Part shown: in pieces, positions 40,004-49,249 of the stretch
Layout: every line of letters starts with the position of its first letter
How positions within the stretch are numbered: position 1 is the first letter of the stretch
DNA from: Desulfobacterales bacterium
GTDB lineage: Bacteria > Desulfobacterota > Desulfobacteria > Desulfobacterales > UBA2156
Assembly: GCA_011049715.1 (NCBI GenBank)
Contig: DRHF01000028.1
Location: 7,449-71,448, forward strand
Reading direction: 5' to 3'
Length of the DNA stretch: 64,000 bases
The notes under the pieces: generated by a model
Seen by the model: the letters and a program-made list of their open reading frames with translations, nothing else
Database searches by the model: none
Told to the model about the DNA's origin: nothing
Program-made: the position numbers and the translations under genes

Positions 40004-41185
40004 ATGAAGAACAAAATATCGTTGCCATTTTTAACTATAATATTGATAACCAGTTATCTATTGGTCGTTAGTGCTATATCAGCACCAGCGGCAGCCGTTG
40101 AGCGAAAGCCGATATTAGTAGGGATGAGCTGGGACATCACCGGCTGGAATGCACCAAGTGGACGACCAGAGGGTGATGGCGCTATTCTAGCTGTAGAGGA
40201 TTGGAACGAAAGGGGAGGAGTTTTTGGCGGACATAAGGTTGAATACCTTTTTCGTGATGACGAATCAGACCCAATAAAGGCTGCGGGTATAGCACGAGAG
40301 TTTATTAGGAAAAGAGCGATCGCTGTAGTAGGCGGTGCTTCTTCCACCGGAGCTATCGCTACGGTAGGGATATTAGCCCCAGCGAAGATCCCTTTTGTCC
40401 ATAACGCAGGTTCACTAAAAGCCCTTCAAAGGGGCCCAGATGGTAAAGTATACTCCTTTAGTTCTGTAGGCTATACACCCCAATGGCCTGCGGTAACATT
40501 TCATCACATGCAAAAGAACAGTTACAAGAGGATTGCTTTAATCTACACGAAAGCCGCATTTGGGATAGCTGTAGCTGAGGAGGTCCGCAAGGCAGTTGTG
40601 GAGAAATGGGGGCCAAAATATGGAATGGAGATTGTCTCTGATATTGGGGTTGAGATGAAAGCTGTAGATCTTTCCAGTGAAGTAGCTAAGATTAAGAAGA
40701 GTAAGCCTGACGCCATATGGTGCGGCCTTTATGCAGGAAACCAAGCAGCTTTTGCTGTGGGTCTCAGGACAACCAACTGGCTGCCGCCTCCGCCCTTTTA
40801 CGTTATAGACGCCTGGGTCCACGAGGTCATGGCAGCGCGTGGCCGCAAACTCATGTGGGGTGCTGTGGGCTGGGGCGGTGTTGACTCCCGTAGAAAAGAT
40901 GTGCAGGAGCTGAATGCCAGGTTTAAGAAGAGGTTTGGATACGAATCTATAGGGGCGATGCTACTTGGTTATGATGCTATGAATGTGATACTTCATGCGA
41001 TAGATAAAGTGGGGACCGATCCTTTAAAGATTCGAGACATAATTGAAAAGGAGGATTTCCCCAGTTTCAGGGGCAGACAAGGGACGTTGACATACTACAA
41101 CGCGGAAAATGGGTATAATGCACTGAAACCAGAGGACCATGTGTTATTCCGAGTGAATGAAAAAGGCGAGGAGATCATTGAGTGA
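40004..41185 (+). CDS. ABC transporter periplasmic substrate-binding protein (LivJ/K-like, type 1 PBP)
   Basis: 393 aa. Signal peptide (MKNKISLPFLTIILITSYLLVVSAISAPAAA) and a Leu/Ile/Val-binding-protein-like fold pattern. Confidence 0.85.
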   Translation: MKNKISLPFLTIILITSYLLVVSAISAPAAAVERKPILVGMSWDITGWNAPSGRPEGDGAILAVEDWNERGGVFGGHKVEYLFRDDESDPIKAAGIAREFIRKRAIAVVGGASSTGAIATVGILAPAKIPFVHNAGSLKALQRGPDGKVYSFSSVGYTPQWPAVTFHHMQKNSYKRIALIYTKAAFGIAVAEEVRKAVVEKWGPKYGMEIVSDIGVEMKAVDLSSEVAKIKKSKPDAIWCGLYAGNQAAFAVGLRTTNWLPPPPFYVIDAWVHEVMAARGRKLMWGAVGWGGVDSRRKDVQELNARFKKRFGYESIGAMLLGYDAMNVILHAIDKVGTDPLKIRDIIEKEDFPSFRGRQGTLTYYNAENGYNALKPEDHVLFRVNEKGEEIIE

Positions 41186-41370
41186 TACCAGGAATGGCAG
41201 TGGTACTCGATATTGTACTTAGTTCGCTAGGAGGCTGTCCGAAAATAAAGATTCTGAAACTACTATCATAGCATATTTTGCTAAATAATAGTGAAACATA
41301 CTGGATATAGTAATTAAGATAATGATATTTTCATTCTCGTATAGGGACAGACTTCTAGTAGGCAGTTCTA

Positions 41371-41465
41371 AGCCGAGGATGCTGCAGCTCTGAGACGTCC
41401 AAGGGTGACGCTGTAGTATACTACTGAGAACCCTTGGCAAGGAAGGAGATGCGGTATCCTCGGCT
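41371..41465 (+). other. 95-nt nested inverted-repeat element inside a 528-nt noncoding gap (possible structured RNA)
   Basis: Three helices are visible. AGCCGAGGAT (41371-41380) pairs with ATCCTCGGCT (41456-41465). CCAAGGGT (41399-41406) pairs with ACCCTTGG (41430-41437). The central palindrome is GTAGTATACTAC (41413-41424). Confidence 0.4.
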
Positions 41466-41713
41466 TGCCCGTAGGGTAAAATGCCAAAATAAATCCTATT
41501 CCTGGATGTCACCTTTGGTCTACTCCAGCTAATTGAATCCATTATCTCTAAAGCTTGCAATTATTGCTATAAACAACCCTTTGGCATTCTTATTATGCAA
41601 CTATAGGGTAAAAGGAACTGATAGTAATTAGAGATAAGGTGCAGTTGCTCAAGTAACGATAATGTCAAAAGTTTTATGAAAACTATTGACCAAATACTAT
41701 TAGGAGGATAATT

Positions 41714-42697
41714 ATGAATATTTTATACCTTAAGAGGAGCGAGGTTGAGAGCTTGATAACCCAGAGGGACGTAATCTCTATGTGTGAAAAAGTATTCAAA
41801 ACTTTTGAGGAAGGAGCGTCTTTACAAGAGTGTCATCTAATTTATTTCAAGCCGGGATACGATCCCTTTAAGGAGCCTATAACAGATGCTTTAATCGTTA
41901 AACCTGTTTATAGTAAGTCCTTGAACATAGCTGGTGGAAAAAACGTATTCTATTTTTTAGCCAATGCGGAAAAGGGACTTCCGATCAATCCACAACTTAC
42001 ATACCTGAGTGATGTAGAAACAGGAGCTTTTCTGGCTGTGATGAGAGGTGATATTATAACACAACTGAGGACGAGCGGCAACAGTGCTGTGGCAGCGAAG
42101 TATTTAGCAAGAAGGGACTCATCAAGTATAGCAATAATAGGCTGTGGCGCCCAAGGGAAGGGGCATTTGTTGGCGATGAGGGAGCTCTTCAATATCAAGG
42201 ACATTAGGATATATGATATTAGGAAAGAGGCTATGGGAAAGTACATAGATGAAATGGGTGAGAGACTAAATGTAGATATAAAAGCTTCTGACAATCCCAA
42301 AGATGCCGTACAAGGGGCTGATATTGTATGCATGGTTACAACAGCTGCCAAGCCTCTAGTTTTTGAAGAGTGGATTGAGCGCGGATGCTTTGTTTCAGCG
42401 GTACACGCCTTCAGCGATTTTGATGTCAAATTTACCAAGAAAGCTGATAAATTCTTGATTGGGGAGAGGAAATCCGATGTTAATTATCTTTCCTCTAAGT
42501 TTAAGGAATTTTCGGAGAGTGACGTGTATGGGGCGATTGGAGAGATAATATTGGGTAAGAAGCCCGGCAGAACAAATGATGATGAAAGGACATTGTTCGT
42601 GCATCCGGGAGTAGTAGGTACTACTGACCTTGCTTTAGCTTCAATTGCCTATGAAAGGGCCAAAGAAGAAGGGGTAGGAATTAATTTAGAGCCTTAG
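41714..42697 (+). CDS. ornithine cyclodeaminase / mu-crystallin family protein, paralog 1
   Basis: 327 aa with the OCD_Mu_crystall pattern (ITQLRTSGNSAVAAKYLAR, IIGCGAQGKGHL). Strong RBS (TAGGAGGA) upstream. Confidence 0.8.
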   Translation: MNILYLKRSEVESLITQRDVISMCEKVFKTFEEGASLQECHLIYFKPGYDPFKEPITDALIVKPVYSKSLNIAGGKNVFYFLANAEKGLPINPQLTYLSDVETGAFLAVMRGDIITQLRTSGNSAVAAKYLARRDSSSIAIIGCGAQGKGHLLAMRELFNIKDIRIYDIRKEAMGKYIDEMGERLNVDIKASDNPKDAVQGADIVCMVTTAAKPLVFEEWIERGCFVSAVHAFSDFDVKFTKKADKFLIGERKSDVNYLSSKFKEFSESDVYGAIGEIILGKKPGRTNDDERTLFVHPGVVGTTDLALASIAYERAKEEGVGINLEP

Positions 42698-42807
42698 CAG
42701 CCAACAATGAAATAGCGAAAGGAGGCACTTTTATAAGCTACAAAATACATGGCTACAGGTTTGAAAATAACTAGGTTTATAGATAGTTTTAAAGGAGGAT
42801 TATACAA

Positions 42808-43788
42808 ATGCTGTTATATCTGAAGGAAAGCGAAATTGAAAGTCTAATTAATTATTCGGAAGTGATGCAAATATGTGAGGATTCATACAGGGCATTCGAA
42901 GAGGAAACCTCTCTTCAAGAAGCTTATGTAATGTACTTTTGGGAAGGATTCGACCCTAAGAGAGATCCTTTTACGGATTGCTCGATTACCCAGCCTTGCT
43001 ATAGTAAATTTATGAAAGTCGCAGGAGTAAAAACGTGTCATTATTTTCTTAGCAACCCTGAAAAGGGCTTAGATGTTATACAAATATTGGTGTGCTTAAG
43101 CGATCACGAGACTGGGATCCCTCTTTCAATAATGCCGGGAAATTTTATAACACAACTGAGGACGAGCGGCAACAGTGCTGTGGCAGCGAAGTATTTAGCC
43201 AGAAGGGGCTCATCAAGTATAGCAATAATAGGCTGTGGCCACCAAGGGAAGGGCCATTTGTTGGCGATGAGGGAGCTCTTCGATATCAAGGACATTAGGA
43301 TATATGATATTAGGAAAGAGGCTATGGAAAAGTACAGAGATGAAATGGGTGTGAGACTAAATGTAGATATAAAAGTTTCTGACAATCCCAAAGATGCCGT
43401 AAAAGGGGCTGATATTGTATGCATGGTTACAACAGCTGCCAAGCCTCTAGTTTTCGAAGAGTGGATTGAGAGCGGATGCTTTGTTTCAGCGGTACACGGC
43501 TTCAGCGATTTTGACATCAAATTTACCAAGCAAGCTGATAAATTCTTGATTGGGGAGAGGAGGTCCGATGTTAATTTGCTTTCCTCAAGGTTTAAAGAAT
43601 TCTCGGAGAGTGACGTGAATGGGACAATTGGAGAGATAATATTGGATAAGAAGCACGGCAGAACAAATGATGATGAAAGGACGTTGTTTGCGAATCCTGG
43701 GATATTAAGCTTGCCGGACATGTTAATAGCTTCTACCGTGTATCAAAGGGCAATGAAAAAAGGAATGGGAATGAAACTCGAGAGTTGA
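42808..43788 (+). CDS. ornithine cyclodeaminase / mu-crystallin family protein, paralog 2
   Basis: 326 aa, same family. The C-terminal two-thirds are nearly identical to paralog 1 and the N-terminal third is strongly diverged. Confidence 0.8.
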   Translation: MLLYLKESEIESLINYSEVMQICEDSYRAFEEETSLQEAYVMYFWEGFDPKRDPFTDCSITQPCYSKFMKVAGVKTCHYFLSNPEKGLDVIQILVCLSDHETGIPLSIMPGNFITQLRTSGNSAVAAKYLARRGSSSIAIIGCGHQGKGHLLAMRELFDIKDIRIYDIRKEAMEKYRDEMGVRLNVDIKVSDNPKDAVKGADIVCMVTTAAKPLVFEEWIESGCFVSAVHGFSDFDIKFTKQADKFLIGERRSDVNLLSSRFKEFSESDVNGTIGEIILDKKHGRTNDDERTLFANPGILSLPDMLIASTVYQRAMKKGMGMKLES

Positions 43789-43971
43789 AATCAAGAGTAG
43801 CAGAAACTTGTAAAAGTTTCCTCTTATGAATTTCATTAACAATATTGATAGGTTATTCAAGACGGGGTCAGCATTAAAGTATTTAACGTTAACCCAAGAA
43901 AGCATAAAAGCATAATTTTTTACTATGGGACCCAGCCCAGGACTTAGATACTTAGATAGGGACAAAGCATA

Positions 43972-44835
43972 ATGGATATTTTTCTATTAGCTTTATTTGG
44001 AGGTTTAGCTTTAGGATGCATTTATGGCTTAGTTGGGGTTAGCTTTAACGCGATTTATAATGTGTGCCAGCTCGTTAATTTTGCCCAGGGGCATTTTGCT
44101 ATGTTGGCAATTGTGAGCTGGTATTTTCTAATCGTAGTCTACAAGGTGCCTATAGCCATCGCTTTGGTAATCATGATAGTTGTTTCCATGCTATTTGGGG
44201 TAGCTATTCAATTTCTCGTGGCAGAGCCTTTGATTCGACGTAAGATTCCATTAGTGTCCTTGGTGATAGCTACCTTAGGTGCCGGTCTCTGTGCAGAGGG
44301 AATTGCGGGCATTTTTACTAACTTCAGTATCCTTTTGATCGAACCGGTATTTGGTTACATGACTATAAAAGTAGGACCGGTGGGGCTGCTTATGCAGTAT
44401 GTACTCATCTATGGCTGTACCGTATTCTTGTGTTTTTTTTATTGGTGGTTTTTGGAGAAGACCTGGATAGGTTTACGATTAAGGGCTGTAGGTGTTAATG
44501 CTGAAATGGCAAGTTTGGAAGGTGTAAATTTGAACAAAATAAGATGCCTTGCATGGTGCATAAGTGCTGGCATATGTGCAATTGCTGGCTGGTTGATAGG
44601 CCCACTCATTCAGTCATCCGCTTTGGTTGGTCTGTCCCTGGTAATTTATGGCTTTGTGGCTGCCGCTATAGGAGGATTTCGATCTTCATTTGGGCCGTTG
44701 TTGGGTGGAATTTTAATAGGATTACTTATCTCATTTTCTCGCGCTTATCTACACCCTGCGGCCGGCGAGCTAGCGATGTTTTTAGCGCTAATTTTAATTT
44801 TAACATTTCGGCCTAAAGGGCTTATAGTAGCATAG
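43972..44835 (+). CDS. branched-chain-amino-acid-type ABC transporter permease (LivH-like)
   Basis: 287 aa polytopic protein. LivH-type N-terminus (GLALGCIYGLVGVSFNAIY). Confidence 0.85.
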   Translation: MDIFLLALFGGLALGCIYGLVGVSFNAIYNVCQLVNFAQGHFAMLAIVSWYFLIVVYKVPIAIALVIMIVVSMLFGVAIQFLVAEPLIRRKIPLVSLVIATLGAGLCAEGIAGIFTNFSILLIEPVFGYMTIKVGPVGLLMQYVLIYGCTVFLCFFYWWFLEKTWIGLRLRAVGVNAEMASLEGVNLNKIRCLAWCISAGICAIAGWLIGPLIQSSALVGLSLVIYGFVAAAIGGFRSSFGPLLGGILIGLLISFSRAYLHPAAGELAMFLALILILTFRPKGLIVA

Positions 44836-44886
44836 GTAACACATAGACAGGGAATACCTCTCGTATAGTAACGTAAACGAAGTGCA

Positions 44887-45825
44887 TTGGAGTTATACGT
44901 GGTAAGAAATCCAAAAGTTGTTATCAATATTGTTGTGGTGATTAGTCTCATCGTAATGCCGTTGGTTTTGCCGATCCAGTTCGTATACTGGGGAATGATA
45001 AGCTATCTTGGTGCTATAATCGCATTGGCATTCAATGTTTCCTATGGGTATTGTAGGCTTTTTAACTTTGCTTTGTCTGGTTTTAGTATGTTAGGTGGTT
45101 ATTGCACAGCGATAATGATTGATAAATTAAATGTGCCATTTATCGTGGCGTTACCTATCAGCATTATTTTTTCAATACTGTTTGCCAGAGTTCTAGGGAC
45201 ATTATTACTGCGTCTTCGCCATTGGTTGTTTGGGTTAGCTTCTTTATGTTTCTCTATGATTATTTCTATATCGGTAGAACAACTACTTGTTCCGCTTACT
45301 AACGGTGAAGACGGCATACAATTGCCTGCTCTAGTGGTTTTCGGACATACGATGGGTGAATTGTTTTACTATTACCTTCTTTTTGCTGTAACGGTGTTCT
45401 GTTATTACATCTCTCACATCGTGTGGGTTTCTCATATTGGACGCGCAATGAGAGCTATTGGGAGCAATGAAACTGTTGCTATTTCAGTAGGCACAGATGT
45501 CCCGAATTATTTGAACCTCGGGTTTTTAATTAGCGCTGCTTTTGCATCTTTGGTTGGAGCTATATGGGTCCAGGCGAGTAGTTGGGCATCACCGAAGTTT
45601 TTCGATCTGGGATTTAATATAGACGGTTTCACAGCAGCCATTGTAGGAGGCGTGGGGGCCCCACTGGGGGCACTTGTTGGTGGAGTGATTTTTTTCATCT
45701 TGCCGCAAATATTTATTGCTTTTGAGAAGTATCATATATTATTTCAAGGCCTTGTGCTGGTATCTATATTAAGATTCCTTCCACTCGGCATTGTGGGAAC
45801 TCTCCAAAGCAAATATAGAAGGTAG
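44887..45825 (+). CDS. branched-chain-amino-acid-type ABC transporter permease (LivM-like)
   Basis: About 310 aa polytopic protein. The start is uncertain: the track gives TTG at 44887, and a GTG at 44899 lies 6 nt after GGAG. Confidence 0.8.
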   Translation: MELYVVRNPKVVINIVVVISLIVMPLVLPIQFVYWGMISYLGAIIALAFNVSYGYCRLFNFALSGFSMLGGYCTAIMIDKLNVPFIVALPISIIFSILFARVLGTLLLRLRHWLFGLASLCFSMIISISVEQLLVPLTNGEDGIQLPALVVFGHTMGELFYYYLLFAVTVFCYYISHIVWVSHIGRAMRAIGSNETVAISVGTDVPNYLNLGFLISAAFASLVGAIWVQASSWASPKFFDLGFNIDGFTAAIVGGVGAPLGALVGGVIFFILPQIFIAFEKYHILFQGLVLVSILRFLPLGIVGTLQSKYRR

Positions 45826-45842
45826 AGGTTTACATTTCAATC

Positions 45843-46604
45843 ATGGCATTGTTAGACATCCGATCGATAAATAAGAGTTTTGGCGGATTAAAAGCCCTTT
45901 CGGGCGTGAGCTTAAGCCTGATAAAAGGGGAGATACTTGCTTTAATTGGACCCAATGGGTCTGGAAAGACGACGCTACTTAACGCGATTTGTAGAATACA
46001 TGAAGTAGATTCGGGTGAGATTCTATTCAATGGGGAGGCAATTACTAATTTGTATCCATGGAACATTTCCAAAAAGGGAATCGGGCGCACTTTTCAACTA
46101 CAAGGAATAATGGAGGACGCAACCGTTTTCGAAAATGTATTTATAGGGGCTGAAGCGTGGGAGGATAAGGGGTTTTTAAATCTCCTCTTAAGACTGCCTA
46201 GTGGTCAAGCTGAAGAAAGAAGGGCTCGAGAGAAAGCCAAAGAAAGTATATTGTTTGTTGGCCTTGAACATCGATCACATGAGAAGGCAATTAATCTACC
46301 TCTCGGGGAAATGCGTTTAGTAGAGATAGCCAGGGCTCTTTTGTCAGAACCGGAGATCTTAATTATGGATGAAAGCTTTAGTGGACTAAGTATGCCAGAA
46401 GCAGAATTGTTACAGCAGAAATTGCTGGAAGTCAATTCAAGGGGGATTTCTATTCTCTTTGTGGAGCACAATATGAGGATCGTAAGAAATTTAGCCCAGC
46501 GTGTGTACGTATTGAACTTTGGAGAACTTTTGGCGCAAGGAACGCCTGACGATGTCATGGCTGATGAGAGCGTAATAGAGGCGTATCTTGGAAGGTGGCG
46601 CTGA
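45843..46604 (+). CDS. ABC transporter ATP-binding protein (LivG-like)
   Basis: 253 aa. Walker A (GPNGSGKTT), signature-like LPLGEMRLVEIARAL, and Walker B (ILIMDE). Confidence 0.9.
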   Translation: MALLDIRSINKSFGGLKALSGVSLSLIKGEILALIGPNGSGKTTLLNAICRIHEVDSGEILFNGEAITNLYPWNISKKGIGRTFQLQGIMEDATVFENVFIGAEAWEDKGFLNLLLRLPSGQAEERRAREKAKESILFVGLEHRSHEKAINLPLGEMRLVEIARALLSEPEILIMDESFSGLSMPEAELLQQKLLEVNSRGISILFVEHNMRIVRNLAQRVYVLNFGELLAQGTPDDVMADESVIEAYLGRWR

Positions 46605-46605
46605 G

Positions 46606-47307
46606 ATGACCTTACAGGTTACGGACGTTTTTGCTAGCTATGGGCCTTTTAAAGTATTGAAGTCTGTCTCGATAGAGGTAAAGCCCGAACAATGCATAAG
46701 CGTTATTGGGCAAAATGGAGCTGGCAAGTCAACTTTGTTGCGCGCTATTTTAGGTCTTTTAGGATTGGAGAGCGGTCAGGTAACCTTTGAAGGTAAAGAC
46801 ATAACAAATCTCTCACCTTGGGAACGGGCAAAGATCGGCCTTATCCTTGTTCCCGAAGGTCGGCATATTTTCGGGCCATTGACAGTGTATGAGAATCTAA
46901 GCATTGGTTGCGTTAAGTATCAACGAAAGAAAAGGCTAAAGAAAAGGCTTGACTTTGTCTATGAACTTTTTCCTTTTTTACAACAGAGAGAGAATCAAAC
47001 GAGTGCTACTCTGAGTGGTGGCGAGCAACAGATGTTAGCAATTGCTCGCGCGTTAATGGCGCAACCCAAGCTCATGTTATTGGACGAGCCTTCCCTAGGC
47101 TTATCTCCTGTTATGATTGAAGCGCTGTCAAAAACTCTTGAAGAGGTAAAGAGGACAAGCTCTTTACTATTGGTAGAACAAAACGTACGGCTAGCGCTAA
47201 ATTTAGCTGAAAAGATGTACATGTTACATGGGGGGCAAGTTGTCTTCCAAGGAACGGATAAGGAATTTGAGTCAGAACCTAAATTTTTGGAGTTGTATTT
47301 TGGATGA
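46606..47307 (+). CDS. ABC transporter ATP-binding protein (LivF-like)
   Basis: 233 aa from the ATG at 46606. Walker A (GQNGAGKST), signature LSGGEQQ, and Walker B (LMLLDEPS). Confidence 0.9.
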   Translation: MTLQVTDVFASYGPFKVLKSVSIEVKPEQCISVIGQNGAGKSTLLRAILGLLGLESGQVTFEGKDITNLSPWERAKIGLILVPEGRHIFGPLTVYENLSIGCVKYQRKKRLKKRLDFVYELFPFLQQRENQTSATLSGGEQQMLAIARALMAQPKLMLLDEPSLGLSPVMIEALSKTLEEVKRTSSLLLVEQNVRLALNLAEKMYMLHGGQVVFQGTDKEFESEPKFLELYFG

Positions 47308-47431
47308 AGGGCGCAGGTCTTCAATGTAGAAATTCCTCTGTGGGGGGTGTTAAGTTTCAAAAAGATGAATTTAAGAATTAGCCTGTTTAAAATAGAATGG
47401 TCTCAAGAGGGAAAGGAGAAGACTGTAAATT

Positions 47432-49249
47432 ATGAAGGCGAGAAAAGAAGAGATCGACCAACTTGATCCTGTGCTGGTTGCAGTAATTCATGCAAGAATG
47501 GATGGGATCATAAGAGAAATGGTTCAGACTGTTCTTCGAACATCCCGTAACCCTATACTTTACTCAGCTAAAGACTTTTCATGTTCCATATTGACTCATG
47601 ATGCCAAATTGCTAACAATGGCTGACAGTATACCAATCCATCTCATGAGTATGGGCCATGCTCTCCCAGCTGTAGTTGAATGTTTTAAGGAGGATTTGCA
47701 CCCTGGAGACTGTTTTCTTAACAACGATCCCTATTCCGGTAACAGTCATGTGGGTGATCACACTATGTTTGCCCCAGTTTTCTATGAAGGAGAACTTATC
47801 TGTTGGGTCTCAACCTTATGCCATCTAATAGACGCAGGGGGAGCTAGACCGAGTAGCACCGATCCGCTTTCTATAGACGTCTTTGAGGAGGGAATACATT
47901 TTCCTTCGATTAGGGTAGTTCGAGAGTACGAGGAAGTATCAGAGATGGTTCGGTTTTTTAAAGTTAATTTCCGTTATCCTGAGAGATGGTATGGTGATTT
48001 CCTCGCTCAAATAGGTTCACTTCGAAGGGCTGAAACGGAAATTGTTAAGTTATGCAAAAAATACGGGGCTGAGGTAATTAAGAGGTTTCAGAATGAATTC
48101 ACTTCATATGGCGACAGGCGGATGAGAGAGGAGATTAGCAAACTGCCCAAGGGAGCGTGGCAAACAGATGCACTAAGCGAAAAGATTGAGCCGTGGTGTC
48201 CTAAAGGAATACCTTTAAAAGTGAAGATGAGCATTGACCCGGAGAAGGCCGAAATATGTTTCGATCTCAGGGAAATGCCCGATAATCTTCCTTGGGGTCG
48301 TAATCTTAGCGAGGCCACAAGCAAAGGTGCATGCATTCAAGCAACTATGGCATGTCTTGATCCAACACTACCCAGCAATGATGGTGTCTTCAAACATTTT
48401 AAATTCCTTTTAAGAGAGGGAGCTGTTGTTGGGATACCCAAATGGCCTGCTTCAACATCTGCAGCTACAATTGGTATCGCCGATCATATCAGTAACTTAA
48501 TATTCGAATTATGGGAAAGGGTTGAACCTGGGAGGGGGCACGCGTCTTCCGGATATCTTGCAGCGTGCGGAGCTTCAACCTCAGGGATTGATTTCCGTAC
48601 CAACCAGGCTTATGGTCACATACATTTCCTGGCTGTTAGTGGTGGCGGAGCTTCGTTAGGTTATGATGGATGGCCAAACTTCTTTGCTCCCGCTATCCAG
48701 GGATGTATGTTTCTAGACTCAGTTGAACTTACCGAACTAGCGATTCCCGAAACAATTTGGGAATTAGGAATTGTTACAGATAGTGGTGGTGCGGGTAAGT
48801 GGAGAGGAGGTGTAGCCACTTTTTTTAGGATTCAGCCTAGATCTAAGGCTATATATGGTATTCCGAAGGCCTACGGACATACAGCTCGAATTTTTGGAGT
48901 GAAAGGTGGCCGAAACGGCTCAAATGCCAGACACTGGCTAGAAAAGCATCCAACAATGGAGAAAGTGGAAGAGTTAAAAAATAGTGGGGAATTTTTAGTG
49001 AACCCGGATTCATATTGGATTGCTCAGGCCAGTGGGGGGGGTGGTTACGGTAATCCATTTGAGCGCAATCCTGAGGCAGTGCGGGAAGATGTGCAAAATA
49101 ACCTGGTATCAGAAGAGTTAGCGAGAAATGTATATGCAGTAATACTTAAGCGAGGTCTTGAGTTTAATCTTTTTGAAGTAGATTACATGGCTACTAAGCA
49201 ACTTCGTTATAAGTCGAGAAAGAAGAGCAAGGGAGGAGTTAGAAAATGA
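47432..49249 (+). CDS. hydantoinase B / oxoprolinase family protein (HyuB-like subunit)
   Basis: 605 aa with Hydantoinase_B family features (DPVLVAVIHARMDGIIREM..., NNDPYSGNSHVGDH, GGGGYGNP). Confidence 0.85.
   Translation: MKARKEEIDQLDPVLVAVIHARMDGIIREMVQTVLRTSRNPILYSAKDFSCSILTHDAKLLTMADSIPIHLMSMGHALPAVVECFKEDLHPGDCFLNNDPYSGNSHVGDHTMFAPVFYEGELICWVSTLCHLIDAGGARPSSTDPLSIDVFEEGIHFPSIRVVREYEEVSEMVRFFKVNFRYPERWYGDFLAQIGSLRRAETEIVKLCKKYGAEVIKRFQNEFTSYGDRRMREEISKLPKGAWQTDALSEKIEPWCPKGIPLKVKMSIDPEKAEICFDLREMPDNLPWGRNLSEATSKGACIQATMACLDPTLPSNDGVFKHFKFLLREGAVVGIPKWPASTSAATIGIADHISNLIFELWERVEPGRGHASSGYLAACGASTSGIDFRTNQAYGHIHFLAVSGGGASLGYDGWPNFFAPAIQGCMFLDSVELTELAIPETIWELGIVTDSGGAGKWRGGVATFFRIQPRSKAIYGIPKAYGHTARIFGVKGGRNGSNARHWLEKHPTMEKVEELKNSGEFLVNPDSYWIAQASGGGGYGNPFERNPEAVREDVQNNLVSEELARNVYAVILKRGLEFNLFEVDYMATKQLRYKSRKKSKGGVRK

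Noticed and set aside
41219-41560. 113-aa minus-strand ORF in the 528-nt gap.
   Set aside because: It has no RBS, a Ser/Leu-rich low-information sequence, and it overlaps the nested-helix element. It is treated as non-coding.
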